Assembly (NCBI GenBank): GCA_016928015.1
Contig: JAFGLQ010000041.1
Span: 1 to 56,679, forward strand
Direction of reading: 5' to 3'
Source: Dehalococcoidaceae bacterium
GTDB lineage: Bacteria > Chloroflexota > Dehalococcoidia > Dehalococcoidales > CSSed11-197
DNA length: 56,679 nt
A program made the position numbers and the translations under genes. The notes under the pieces were generated by a model. The model had not been told where the DNA came from. It did no database searches and saw nothing but the letters and a program-made list of their open reading frames with translations. Position 1 is the stretch's first letter; the number at the start of each line of letters is the position of its first letter. Shown here one piece after another: positions 25,119-34,770 of the stretch.

Positions 25119-26258
25119 TTACCAGGACTGCCGGTAAAGGGCTGCGACAGTATCGGCTTCAAGCGGTAGAGGATGCTTGACCAGCCACGGTGCGGTCTTG
25201 ACGGCACATTCGGCCATAGCCGGAATTCGGGCATCTTCTATATCAAAATCTCTCAGCTTCAGCCCCATGCCGATTTGAACCAGCCATTGCCTCACAGCAC
25301 CGATGCCGTCGTTGTGCCCGAATACGTTTTCTCCCAGCCTGGCAAAGCGCTTATGTCTTACCGGATAGGTGTATTCCATCCATGCCGGCAGAAGTGCTGC
25401 CAGCCCGTCTCCGTGGGCAATATCGTAGAAACCGCTGACGGCATGCTCTATACCGTGAAGGGTCAAAGCACCGTCACCGCCTCCCAGGGAGATAAAATCG
25501 GAACAGGCAATGGTAGATGCCCAGGAAAGCTGCGTACGGCTTTCAATATCGTTTAAATCGGCGCTCGCGCGCGGTAAAAAGGTGACCACCAGCTTGAGGG
25601 CTGTTTCTATTATGCCATCGGTAAGGGGCGCCGGATTTTCAGCCGTTATGTATCGCTCCAGCAGGTGGCAGAAAATATCCACCCCTCCCTGAAGGGTGGG
25701 TTTCAAGGGCAGGGTCAGGGTAAGTTCCGGGTCGACGATCGAAACCGCCGGGTAAGCGCAATTCCGTCCAATGGTGCACTTTTCATGGGTTTCCCAATTG
25801 GTAATTACGGCGCCGCAGTTGGATTCCGAGCCGCTGGCTGCTACCGTGGGCACTGTTATCAATCCGGGAGCTTTGCCTTCTGGCTCTTCCTCTTTAGTTA
25901 TATAATGCCAGATCGGTTTGCCGCCAGCGGCGGCAATAACTACCCCTTTGGCGCCGTCCATTACGCTGCCGCCACCCAGGGCAATTACCAGGTCAAGGCT
26001 TTCTTCCTTAACCAGCCGGGCGCCTGAGTCAACGGTAGTGGAACGGGGGTTGGGTTCTACCCGGTCGAAAACAACGGTTTCTACCCCGGATTCCTTCAGG
26101 ATCGACAGCGCTCGATCCAGCAACCCGCAAGCCCGTATGCTGTTTTTGCCGGTTACCAGCAGGGCGCGTTTGCCGGTGGCTGCCGCATGACTGCCGAGCT
26201 GCCGGAAGGCCCCGGGCCCGAATATGATTCTGGTGGGGATATAGAAAGTAGTCAGCAC
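25119..26258 (-). CDS. iron-containing (group III) alcohol dehydrogenase
   Basis: 379 aa. Contains GGGSVMDGAK and His-rich metal-site segments (HLLERY, HGIEHAVSG..DIAHGDG). Confidence 0.8.
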   Translation of the reverse strand: MLTTFYIPTRIIFGPGAFRQLGSHAAATGKRALLVTGKNSIRACGLLDRALSILKESGVETVVFDRVEPNPRSTTVDSGARLVKEESLDLVIALGGGSVMDGAKGVVIAAAGGKPIWHYITKEEEPEGKAPGLITVPTVAASGSESNCGAVITNWETHEKCTIGRNCAYPAVSIVDPELTLTLPLKPTLQGGVDIFCHLLERYITAENPAPLTDGIIETALKLVVTFLPRASADLNDIESRTQLSWASTIACSDFISLGGGDGALTLHGIEHAVSGFYDIAHGDGLAALLPAWMEYTYPVRHKRFARLGENVFGHNDGIGAVRQWLVQIGMGLKLRDFDIEDARIPAMAECAVKTAPWLVKHPLPLEADTVAALYRQSW

Positions 26259-26298
26259 TGATGTATTATAACATGCTGCCGGAACGTCCGGCCAAAAA

Positions 26299-27468
26299 TC
26301 ACAGCTTGTTCAAGCGGTTTTCCAGCCATTTTTGCTTCTGCAGGGTGCGAGTCTGTTCATCAACGGCCCGGTAACCGGCAAGAAATTCGCTCCTGAACTG
26401 CTCGAAGTAACTTTGCCGGATGGATTGCCTTATACCGGCCATCAATGTCTGCAGGAAGCTCAGATTATGGATACTGGCGAGTCTGAGCCCCAGAATTTCG
26501 CCGCTTCTGAAAAGATGGGCAAGGTAACCGGCGGAGAAATTACGGCACGTATAACAACTGCACCCTTCTTCGACAGGCCCGTCAAGGGACTGGAAACGGG
26601 AGTTTTTGATATTTATTCTGCCGCCAGCTGTATACAATCCTCCATTTCTGGCAACGCGGGTAGGCAGTACGCTGTCGAAAATGTCGATTCCCCGGCTGAC
26701 TGCTTCTACCAGGTCCTCGGGCGAGCCGACCCCCATCAGGTAACGGGGTTTGGTTTCAGGAATCAGAGGCACCGTGATATCCAGCATATGCCAGGTGTCT
26801 CTTTTGGCTTCACCCAGGCTGAGGCCTCCAAGGGCAAAACCGTCAAATTCAAGCCCGGTAAGGCTTTCGGCAGATTTTCGGCGAAGTTCGCAGTCCGTAC
26901 CCCCCTGTATGATGGCAAACAGTTGCTGGCCGGTGGCAGTTCGGGCTTTCAGGCACCTTTGAGCCCAGTCGGTAGTGCGTTCTACGGCACGGGCAATTTT
27001 CAGGGGATGGGCATCCGGGTGAGGCACTTCATCCAGCACCATCATGATATCCGAGCCCAGCGCCTGCTGGAAATCGATAACGTTTTCCGGGGTAATGTGG
27101 TGTTTCGAGCCGTCGATATGGCTTCTGAAGGTTACGCCTTCATCGGTTATTTTTGCCAGTGGCGAAAGGCTGAAAATCTGGAAACCACCCGAGTCGGTAA
27201 GGATGGGATTGTGCCATCCCATAAAACGGTGCAATCCACCTACCTGCGCGATGAGTTCGATTCCCGGCCTCAAGTACAGATGATAGGTATTGGAAAGTAT
27301 CATGCCGGCACCGGTGGCCGATACCTCTTCAGGTGTAAGGGTTTTTACCGTCGCCTGGCTGCCTACCGGGCAAAAGGCAGGAGTCGGTACCGTACCGTGC
27401 CGGGTTGCCAGTTCACCGGTTCTGGCCGCCGAGTGCCGGCTGTCTCTGGTAATAACAAAATTATCCAT
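26299..27468 (-). CDS. tgt: tRNA-guanine transglycosylase (queuine tRNA-ribosyltransferase)
   Basis: 389 aa. Contains TPAF.PVG, LSNTYHL, DSGGFQ, GLSLGE, and the zinc motif CSCYTC...YLAHL. Confidence 0.9.
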   Translation of the reverse strand: MDNFVITRDSRHSAARTGELATRHGTVPTPAFCPVGSQATVKTLTPEEVSATGAGMILSNTYHLYLRPGIELIAQVGGLHRFMGWHNPILTDSGGFQIFSLSPLAKITDEGVTFRSHIDGSKHHITPENVIDFQQALGSDIMMVLDEVPHPDAHPLKIARAVERTTDWAQRCLKARTATGQQLFAIIQGGTDCELRRKSAESLTGLEFDGFALGGLSLGEAKRDTWHMLDITVPLIPETKPRYLMGVGSPEDLVEAVSRGIDIFDSVLPTRVARNGGLYTAGGRINIKNSRFQSLDGPVEEGCSCYTCRNFSAGYLAHLFRSGEILGLRLASIHNLSFLQTLMAGIRQSIRQSYFEQFRSEFLAGYRAVDEQTRTLQKQKWLENRLNKL

Positions 27469-28327
27469 GTTTTACCCACAAATCCAGCACCATCAGCAGA
27501 AACAGCAGGCCCAGATAAGGGAAGCTGGAAAACTTGTATACTTTCCAGGCTCCGGCTGAGTCTGTCGACCGGAGCAGCCGCAGGTTGGCAATAACCAGTA
27601 TGGCGCCCAGGATGATGGCGCCTGTCAGGTACAGCCATCCGAAACCACCCTCAAAATAAAGCGCCACCGAAATTGCCAGCAGCAAAAGACTGGAAAAAGC
27701 CATCAGCCTGAGAGCGGTTTCCGGTTTAACACTCATGGGAAAAAAGGTGATACCAGCATTGAGATATTCCTGCCGCCGCGCGACCATGACTCCCCAGACG
27801 TGTGAGGGGAGCCATATTATGATGAGCAAACATATCAGCCCGATTTGCCAGTCGAGGACAGGTTTAACCGCAAACCAGCCCATAAGCACCGGGGCACAGC
27901 TGGCGATGGCTCCCTGCGGAAATACGCAGGTCACCTTTTTGCGAAAGGTAATGGCTACGATGGTCCCGATGAGGTCTGCAGCAAACGCATACGGGTGAAC
28001 CAGCCAGGCCAGTACCAGGCCGGCTGCCGCAAGTACAGCCAGCATTGGCAGTACCTTTTCAGCCGGGTATATCCGCCCGGCAGCCAGGGCGCGGTTCCGG
28101 GTACGCGGCATAAGGATGTCAAGATTTCGGTCCAGGTAATTGGTAAGCCCGTTGGCGGCGGCGCTGGCAATCAGGATAGCCAGAACTGCCAGGCCTACGT
28201 CGTCCCAGGGAGGATCGCCCCTGCCGGCAACGATGGCGGTGGCGGTGCCGATAAAGGTAAGCAGTGCGGTTTCACGGGGCTTTAAAACATTTATATAATT
28301 GGATAAAGCATATAAAAAGCCGGCCAT
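27461..28327 (-). CDS. UbiA-family prenyltransferase (heme O synthase CyoE/CtaB-like)
   Basis: 288 aa with about 8 TM helices. The motif NYLDRNLDILMPRTRNRAL fits N..D...D..M.RT..RP. It overlaps the tgt start by 8 nt. Confidence 0.65.
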   Translation of the reverse strand: MAGFLYALSNYINVLKPRETALLTFIGTATAIVAGRGDPPWDDVGLAVLAILIASAAANGLTNYLDRNLDILMPRTRNRALAAGRIYPAEKVLPMLAVLAAAGLVLAWLVHPYAFAADLIGTIVAITFRKKVTCVFPQGAIASCAPVLMGWFAVKPVLDWQIGLICLLIIIWLPSHVWGVMVARRQEYLNAGITFFPMSVKPETALRLMAFSSLLLLAISVALYFEGGFGWLYLTGAIILGAILVIANLRLLRSTDSAGAWKVYKFSSFPYLGLLFLLMVLDLWVKHG

Positions 28328-28341
28328 TATAATTTGTCCTC

Positions 28342-30132
28342 TTATTTTCTAGATGTCATTGCACGGGTGTAGGCGCTGACAATATTGTGCCGCCTGAGTA
28401 CCCCCAGCAGTTTCTGCGGGTTCCCTCTTTCGACTACCGGTATGCGCCCGACATCGGAGCCGATTATCACCATCACGTCATGCAGAGTCTGGTCCGGATA
28501 GGCAACCTTGGGATTCCGGGTGGCTATGTCAGCCACCGTCATATTTTCAGTAGAACCCCGCTGCATCGCTGAAACCAGGTCAGTGACGGTTACCACTCCC
28601 GCGAGATTGCCGTTTTCGTCCAGCACGGGAAAACCGTGGTGGCCGCTTTTTTTCAGTTTATCACTCAATTCGTCAATCGGCATGTTGAGATCCACTGTCG
28701 GAAAGTTGCGGCTCATTATCTGGCTTACCGAAATTTCCTTCATGGGGTTTCCCTGCACTATTTCACGAATATTGATGCCCTTTTTAAGCAACCGCTCGGA
28801 ATATATGCTTTCCGGGGTAAACATGCGCCCCAGTATGGTGGCCACTACCACTGATATCATAAGCGGCAGAATCAGGGTATAGCGCATGGTGAGTTCGAAC
28901 AGGATAATAATGGCGGTAATCGGGCCCCTGACAACGACTGCGAAAAATGCACCCATGCCAACCAGGGCATAAGCTCCGTAAGATGCTGTCATATCGGGCA
29001 GCAGGGCATGCAGCCCGTAACCGAAAATGCCGCCCAGCATGGCTCCGATAAACAGAGACGGGGCGAAGACGCCGCCGCTGCCGCCGCTGCCCAGGGTTAT
29101 GGAGGTAGCCAGTATTTTCAAAAACAGTAAAGCTGTAAGGGTGCTTAATGCCAGATCCTCGGTCAGGGCCTGGTCCAAGGCCCCAAAGGGAATGAGGCTG
29201 CCCGAGGCATCAAAGTGCATCCCATAACCCACCCCGAATATCTCGGGGAAAAAGAAACCGATGATTCCCACCGCAAGCCCGCCGATGGCTGGCTTGAGCC
29301 AGGTGGGAATCTGCAGACGGTTGAAAAAATTTTCGGTTCTGTAAAAGAAACGCACAAACAGTATGCCGCAGCCGCCTACCAGTACGCCCAGCAGGGCATA
29401 AGGTACCAGTTCGGCATAATTCACGATGCTGTATTCGGGCAGCGAAAATGATGTCGGGTGGGCTTCGCTGAAAAGAAATATCTTGGCTATGATATTGGCA
29501 GATACCGAGGAGATGACAATGTAGCCGAACCGGGGATTGATAAAGTTGCCGGCGACTACTTCCAGGGCAAATATAATTCCTGCCAGGGGAGCGTTGAATG
29601 TGGCTGAAATACCGCCGGCGGCGCCGCATAAAAGCAGTGTTTTTACCCACTCTTCGTTGAGATGGAATAACTGGCCGATTGAAGAACCGGCTGAAGCGCC
29701 GATATGTACAATGGGACCCTCCCTGCCTACAGAACCGCCGGAGCCGATGGACAGAGCCGAAGCCAGGATTTTAACAGGAGTTACCTGCCAGCGGATGCGT
29801 CCGGCCCGCAGGGCATAAGCTTCCATGACTTCCGGCGGGCCTTCGCCCTTGACTTCACTGGCAAGATAGCGGATTATCAGTCCTACCAGCAACCCGCCGA
29901 CAGCCGGCAGGACAATGACATAATAATCACCGAGAAAGGGTAAGGCGCGGCTTCCTCCGTAGAAAAAAAGCCAGTTCAGCCATTTGATGGCCTGCCAGAA
30001 AACCACGGCGCCGAAACCGGCGATTACCCCTACCAGAACGGAAAGGGCTACCCCGAAAACCAGTTCGTTGGAACGCACCCGGTTGAAGAGTTCAATCAGC
30101 AGGTCCGCTTTGCCAGTTGATTGCCTGTCCAT
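28342..30132 (-). CDS. ClC-family chloride channel / H+:Cl- antiporter with C-terminal CBS pair
   Basis: 596 aa. Selectivity motifs GSGGSVGREGP and GGVFAPSLF. Two CBS-like repeats lie in the last ~140 aa. Confidence 0.85.
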   Translation of the reverse strand: MDRQSTGKADLLIELFNRVRSNELVFGVALSVLVGVIAGFGAVVFWQAIKWLNWLFFYGGSRALPFLGDYYVIVLPAVGGLLVGLIIRYLASEVKGEGPPEVMEAYALRAGRIRWQVTPVKILASALSIGSGGSVGREGPIVHIGASAGSSIGQLFHLNEEWVKTLLLCGAAGGISATFNAPLAGIIFALEVVAGNFINPRFGYIVISSVSANIIAKIFLFSEAHPTSFSLPEYSIVNYAELVPYALLGVLVGGCGILFVRFFYRTENFFNRLQIPTWLKPAIGGLAVGIIGFFFPEIFGVGYGMHFDASGSLIPFGALDQALTEDLALSTLTALLFLKILATSITLGSGGSGGVFAPSLFIGAMLGGIFGYGLHALLPDMTASYGAYALVGMGAFFAVVVRGPITAIIILFELTMRYTLILPLMISVVVATILGRMFTPESIYSERLLKKGINIREIVQGNPMKEISVSQIMSRNFPTVDLNMPIDELSDKLKKSGHHGFPVLDENGNLAGVVTVTDLVSAMQRGSTENMTVADIATRNPKVAYPDQTLHDVMVIIGSDVGRIPVVERGNPQKLLGVLRRHNIVSAYTRAMTSRK

Positions 30133-30134
30133 AA

Positions 30135-30584
30135 TCAGTCTGCCGGATAGGGCGGCTGCCTGTCATACCCGGCTGTTTTAAGATAATCCTCGAGAATCAC
30201 GGCAGCAGCTACGGCATCGTCACGTGCAGCCCTTTTTGCTCTTCTGCCGGCCAGAATATCCTGCGCCCGGCTGGTTGAAAACCGCTCATCCTGAGTGACA
30301 ACCGGTATGTTCAGGCTGCGGCTGATTTTTTCAATTATTGAAGCTGTTTTATGCGCCTGCGGGCCCAGGCTGCCGTTCAGAGAATGCGGCACCCCGGCAA
30401 CCACCAGAGTGACGGCATGGTCGGCAGCGGCCTGCCTGACAGCATCAATAATTTCTTCGTCATTCTCACACCGGAGGGTGATTAAAGGAGAAGCTATAAG
30501 CCTGAGAGGGTCGCTTAAGGCTATTCCCAGCCATTTTTCTCCGATATCAACCGCCATAACCCGCCCGGGGAGCTCGCCAGCCAT
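30135..30584 (-). CDS. ruvX: putative pre-16S rRNA nuclease / Holliday junction resolvase-like YqgF
   Basis: 149 aa. The sequence VMAVDIGEKWLGIALSDP...VVAGVPHSLNGSLGPQA...DERFST matches the YqgF family pattern. It follows alaS directly, a common arrangement. Confidence 0.8.
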   Translation of the reverse strand: MAGELPGRVMAVDIGEKWLGIALSDPLRLIASPLITLRCENDEEIIDAVRQAAADHAVTLVVAGVPHSLNGSLGPQAHKTASIIEKISRSLNIPVVTQDERFSTSRAQDILAGRRAKRAARDDAVAAAVILEDYLKTAGYDRQPPYPAD

Positions 30585-30587
30585 AAT

Positions 30588-33203
30588 CTATTCTTGCCCG
30601 ATAACTTTCCTGGCGGTTGCCAGAGCTGCCTTGAGCAGTTCCTTTTGCTTGCCCCCGCCGGTGGCCATTTCCGGTTTCCCTCCGCCGCCGCCGCCGGCCG
30701 TGCGGGTGACTTCCCGGATAATATTACCGGCATGATAGCCCTGTTTGACCAGGTCGCCGGTTACAGCGGCGACAAATACGGGTTTATCCTGGACAACTGA
30801 AGACAATATCACTATACCGCTGCCCAGTTTACCTTTAAGATAATCGGCCGTATCCCGGAGCAGTTCCAGGCTGCAGTCCTGCATGTGGGAGATTATGACG
30901 CGCGCCGCGCCGATATTTTCAACCTGTTCCAGAAGACTCTGGGCTTGCTGAAGAGCTGCCTGTCGTTTCAGGTTTTCCAGGTTTTTATTCAGCGTGGTAT
31001 TTTCACTTATCAACCAGCCGATTTTCTCTCCAAGATCGTCCGGAGGGCAGTCCAGAAGGCCGCAGGCCTGGGTTATTATTTGTGCCTGCCAGCGGCAAAG
31101 GCTTTCAGCTGCTCTGCCGGTCACCGCCTCAATTCTTCTGAGCCCCGCGCCGACCGAGAATTCTCCCGTGATACGAAACAGGCCGATTTCACCGGTGGCC
31201 GAAACGTGAGTACCGCCGCAAAGTTCGGCTGAAACCGGAGGATTGCCAACCCTTAAAACTCGCACTTCCTGGCCGTATTTTTCATCGAAGATGGCTATCG
31301 CTCCACTTTCAATCGCCTGACGTACAGGCAGAGTTTCGGCCCATACCGACAAATCAGAGCGGATATGGGCATTTACCATTTCCTCCACACTTGCCAGTTC
31401 TTCAGCAGAAAGAGGTTTCAAGTGCGAAAAATCAAATCTGAGCCTTTCAGGATTTACCAGCGAACCGCGCTGCTGGGCGTGGGTGCCGAGTATGTGTCTC
31501 AAGCTGATGTGAAGCAGGTGGGTGGCAGTATGGTTGCGGGCAATATCCTTGCGGCGGCACTGGTCTATTTCAGCCGTTACAGCTTCGCCAGTTTTTAAAC
31601 TGCCGCGGTTCAGTTTTCCGTAGTGTATTATGCTGTCTGCAGGGCCGGCAACAGTATCAGTTACTTCAAATTCGGCATAATCGGAACGGATGAATCCGGT
31701 GTCGCCTACCTGGCCGCCTTTTTCCGCATAGAAAGGGGTGTGCTCCAGCACCAGGCCGCCGCTCTGACCCTCAGCTATGTAACCGGCAAGGTTTCCGTCG
31801 AGAATGATCCGGCTGATGCTGGTGGACCGGGCCGGGTTCTGGTAGCCTACGAAACAGGTCCCAGGGAGATCGAGGCAACTTTCCTGAACGATTTTGCCGG
31901 CATTAAAGCGGTGACTGGCTTTGGCTCTTTCTTTCTGTTCTGCCATTGCCGCTTCGAACCCGGAATTATCCACTTCAAGGCCTTTGCGCTGGCTGATTTC
32001 CCGGGTTAGTTCCAGCGGAAAGCCGTATGTATCATAAAGTTTAAATACATCCTTGCCGTTTAAAATGCGGTTGTCGGAGAGGGCTTTTTCGATAAAACCG
32101 TCCAGCAGTTCCAGCCCTACCGAAAGCGTTTCATTGAAACGAGCTTCCTCAGCCTGGATAACGTTGAGTATAAGATGCTGCTTTTCCTTTAACTCAGGAT
32201 AGTTCTTGCCCATAAGCTTTATGGTGAGGCCGGCGATATTTGATAGAAAAGGTTCTTTCAGTCCCAGCCGGCGGCCGTAAAGGGCTGCCCGGCGTATAAG
32301 ACGGCGCAGGACGTAACCGCGACCGTCACTACCCGGCATTACCCCATCGGCAATAAGGAAACTTATGCCCCTGCCATGTTCGGCAATCACCCTTGTAGAC
32401 CTGTCTGTTTCTTCATCCGTGCCGTAGGCTGTGCCGGCAATCCTGGACGCTTCAGCTACCAGGGGTTTCAGAAGGTCTGTTTCGAAAATGGTCTTTTTCC
32501 CCTGAACTACTGCTGTAATGCGTTCGAGCCCCATTCCTGTATCGATGCTGGGTCGCTTTAAAAGCTGTCGTGAGCCGCTTTTTGCCTGGTTGAACTGGAT
32601 AAAAACCAGGTTCCAGATTTCTACGAAACGGCCGCAGCTGCAGCCAGGGTTGCAGTCCTGGCGGCCGCAGCCCGAATCGATACCGTAGTCGTAGTGGATT
32701 TCACTGCAAGGGCCGCATGGGCCGGCTTCACCCGGAGGGCCCCAGAAATTGTCCCGTTCGCCCAGCCGGACAATGCGCTCGGCCGCTACACCTTTAGCCC
32801 GCCAGAGCTCGATTGCTTCATCATCATTCTCAAAGACGGTAATCCACAATTTTTCGCGATCCAGCTTCAGGTGCTCGGTGACGAATTCCCAGCCGTAATC
32901 AATAGCGCCGGCCTTGAAATAATCTCCGATTGAGAAATTGCCCAGCATTTCGAAAAAAGTACAGTGGCTGGTATCTCCCACACATTCGATGTCAGTGGTA
33001 CGAAAGCATTTCTGGCAGGAAGCCAGGCGTTTTGAAACCGGCGTTTCTTCTCCCAGAAAATAGGGTTTGAACTGTACCATGCCAGCGGTATTGAGCAGCA
33101 GGGTCGGGTCGTTTTGAGGTATGAGAGAAGAACTGGGCATGACCAAATGGCCCTTATCTTCGAAATACTTTAAAAACAGCGCTCTTAATTGTTCGCCGGT
33201 CAA
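30588..33203 (-). CDS. alaS: alanine--tRNA ligase
   Basis: 871 aa. Contains FFEMLGNFS, the editing-domain HxxxH (HTATHLLH) and CGGTHV, and a C-terminal DHHA1-like tail. Confidence 0.95.
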   Translation of the reverse strand: MTGEQLRALFLKYFEDKGHLVMPSSSLIPQNDPTLLLNTAGMVQFKPYFLGEETPVSKRLASCQKCFRTTDIECVGDTSHCTFFEMLGNFSIGDYFKAGAIDYGWEFVTEHLKLDREKLWITVFENDDEAIELWRAKGVAAERIVRLGERDNFWGPPGEAGPCGPCSEIHYDYGIDSGCGRQDCNPGCSCGRFVEIWNLVFIQFNQAKSGSRQLLKRPSIDTGMGLERITAVVQGKKTIFETDLLKPLVAEASRIAGTAYGTDEETDRSTRVIAEHGRGISFLIADGVMPGSDGRGYVLRRLIRRAALYGRRLGLKEPFLSNIAGLTIKLMGKNYPELKEKQHLILNVIQAEEARFNETLSVGLELLDGFIEKALSDNRILNGKDVFKLYDTYGFPLELTREISQRKGLEVDNSGFEAAMAEQKERAKASHRFNAGKIVQESCLDLPGTCFVGYQNPARSTSISRIILDGNLAGYIAEGQSGGLVLEHTPFYAEKGGQVGDTGFIRSDYAEFEVTDTVAGPADSIIHYGKLNRGSLKTGEAVTAEIDQCRRKDIARNHTATHLLHISLRHILGTHAQQRGSLVNPERLRFDFSHLKPLSAEELASVEEMVNAHIRSDLSVWAETLPVRQAIESGAIAIFDEKYGQEVRVLRVGNPPVSAELCGGTHVSATGEIGLFRITGEFSVGAGLRRIEAVTGRAAESLCRWQAQIITQACGLLDCPPDDLGEKIGWLISENTTLNKNLENLKRQAALQQAQSLLEQVENIGAARVIISHMQDCSLELLRDTADYLKGKLGSGIVILSSVVQDKPVFVAAVTGDLVKQGYHAGNIIREVTRTAGGGGGGKPEMATGGGKQKELLKAALATARKVIGQE

Positions 33204-33309
33204 GGCATGTCTCCTCGGCAGATTAATTTATATATACCTGAAGATTATATCCCCAGTATTTGAGATTAGGCAAGAAAAGCCCTTAGAGACTTAATATCGC
33301 GAGGTTGAA

Positions 33310-34764
33310 TCAGCGCCAGCGCCAGAAGGAAGGCATAAAAAGCACCAGTATGGTAAATATTTCAAGCCTGCCGGCGAGCATGCAAAAAATAAGCACTGTT
33401 TTACCGGCCGGTGGTACGAAGGCATAATTGCCTACCGGGCCTACCATGCCAAAACCCGGGCCTACGTTACCCAGACAGGCTACAACCGATGAAATTGCCG
33501 TAATGGGCTCCAGGCCGATGGCACTCATTATCATGAAAGCCCCGCCGAGAAGTACCGTATACAGCAGGGTAAGGCTGAGCACCCTGGATACTATGGAATC
33601 AGGCAGGGTTGCCCCTTCGATTTTTATGGGAATAACGGTATTGGGTTTGAATACCAGGGTCAGGCGCCGGTGGATATATTTAGCCAGTACGATAAGCCGG
33701 ATGACTTTCAGGGCGCCACCTGTAGAGCCGGCGCAGCCGCCGATTAACATCAGGATTAACAGCGCCGCCTTGGAAAATGTAGGCCAGAGGTCAAAATTGG
33801 TAGTGGCAAATCCTGTGGTGGTCATAATCGAGGCGATCTGGAAAGTACCGTACCGGAAGGCTTCCCCCGGGGAAAGGCCCATCTGGCTGACCAGGTTCAG
33901 GCTGATAATGGTGCCGCTTATAACCAGGATGGTAGTATACAGCCTGAATTCGGCATTCCGGGCCAGTTTCAGCGGCTGGCGTTTAAAGAAAAGGAAATAA
34001 TACAACCCGAAATTGACACCGGCCAGGACCATGAAAACGGTTACTATTATTTCAACCCAGAGGTTGTTATAGGCGGCAATGCTTAAATCCACCGGCGCAA
34101 ACCCGCCGGTGGGCATGGTGCACAGAGTAATATTGACCGCATCGAATGGAAGCAGCCCGGCAAAGCGAAGCAGAATATACTGGAGAACGCTCATGCCCAG
34201 GTAAATAAGCCACAGGGCTTTGGCGGAATCGCGAATACGGCCAGTCAGCCGTTCACCGTACTGGGTGCCGGGCATTTCAGCTTCGATAAGGTGGGCCGAA
34301 CCCAGACCGAGGACGGGAAACAGGGCTACAAACAGCATGATAATTCCCATGCCGCCCAGCCATTGCGTCATTGAACGCCAGAGTAACAGGCCCATTTCCT
34401 GGGTTTCAATGGAGGTGAATACCGTCGCACCGGTTGTGGTAAAACCGCTCATGGCTTCGAAATAAGCATCGATGAATGAAGGCATTGCGCCGGATATGTA
34501 GTACGGCAGTGCACCGGCGGCCGAAGCAGTTACCCAGCCGCCGGCCACCAGTACGATGGCTTCCCGGGTGGAGAGGCGGTTCTGTTTGAGCGGTGTAAGC
34601 AGCCGGATGGCGATACCAGCACCCAGTGTAATTAAAATCGAAAATCCAAAAGCTGATGCACAACTGCCCCCTGTATACAGGCTGACGCCCAGTGGCAGAA
34701 CCATGGCAATGCCAGTGCCGATGGCGATAAGGCTGAGATAATGCAGGATTACCCTTAGTTTCAT
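33310..34764 (-). CDS. trkH: potassium uptake protein TrkH
   Basis: 484 aa, polytopic. Repeated M-P-M pore motifs (SGFTTTGAT, TTTGFAT, GGCAGSTGGALK). Confidence 0.85.
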   Translation of the reverse strand: MKLRVILHYLSLIAIGTGIAMVLPLGVSLYTGGSCASAFGFSILITLGAGIAIRLLTPLKQNRLSTREAIVLVAGGWVTASAAGALPYYISGAMPSFIDAYFEAMSGFTTTGATVFTSIETQEMGLLLWRSMTQWLGGMGIIMLFVALFPVLGLGSAHLIEAEMPGTQYGERLTGRIRDSAKALWLIYLGMSVLQYILLRFAGLLPFDAVNITLCTMPTGGFAPVDLSIAAYNNLWVEIIVTVFMVLAGVNFGLYYFLFFKRQPLKLARNAEFRLYTTILVISGTIISLNLVSQMGLSPGEAFRYGTFQIASIMTTTGFATTNFDLWPTFSKAALLILMLIGGCAGSTGGALKVIRLIVLAKYIHRRLTLVFKPNTVIPIKIEGATLPDSIVSRVLSLTLLYTVLLGGAFMIMSAIGLEPITAISSVVACLGNVGPGFGMVGPVGNYAFVPPAGKTVLIFCMLAGRLEIFTILVLFMPSFWRWR

Positions 34765-34770
34765 TACGGG

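Noticed and set aside
26332-27594. 420-aa ORF on the plus strand
   Set aside because: It lies entirely antisense to the well-supported tgt and UbiA-family genes. It has Gly/Arg/Pro-rich low-complexity composition and no motifs, so it is a shadow ORF of GC-biased coding sequence.
33204-33309. T-box leader upstream of alaS; cobalamin riboswitch upstream of cobJ (52871-53055); CtsR operator upstream of clpC
   Set aside because: The alaS leader is only 106 nt, with no specifier or T-box sequence. No B12-box-like GCCACTG core was seen before cobJ. Only a single GGTCAAT half-site, not a tandem heptad repeat, lies near the clpC promoter.
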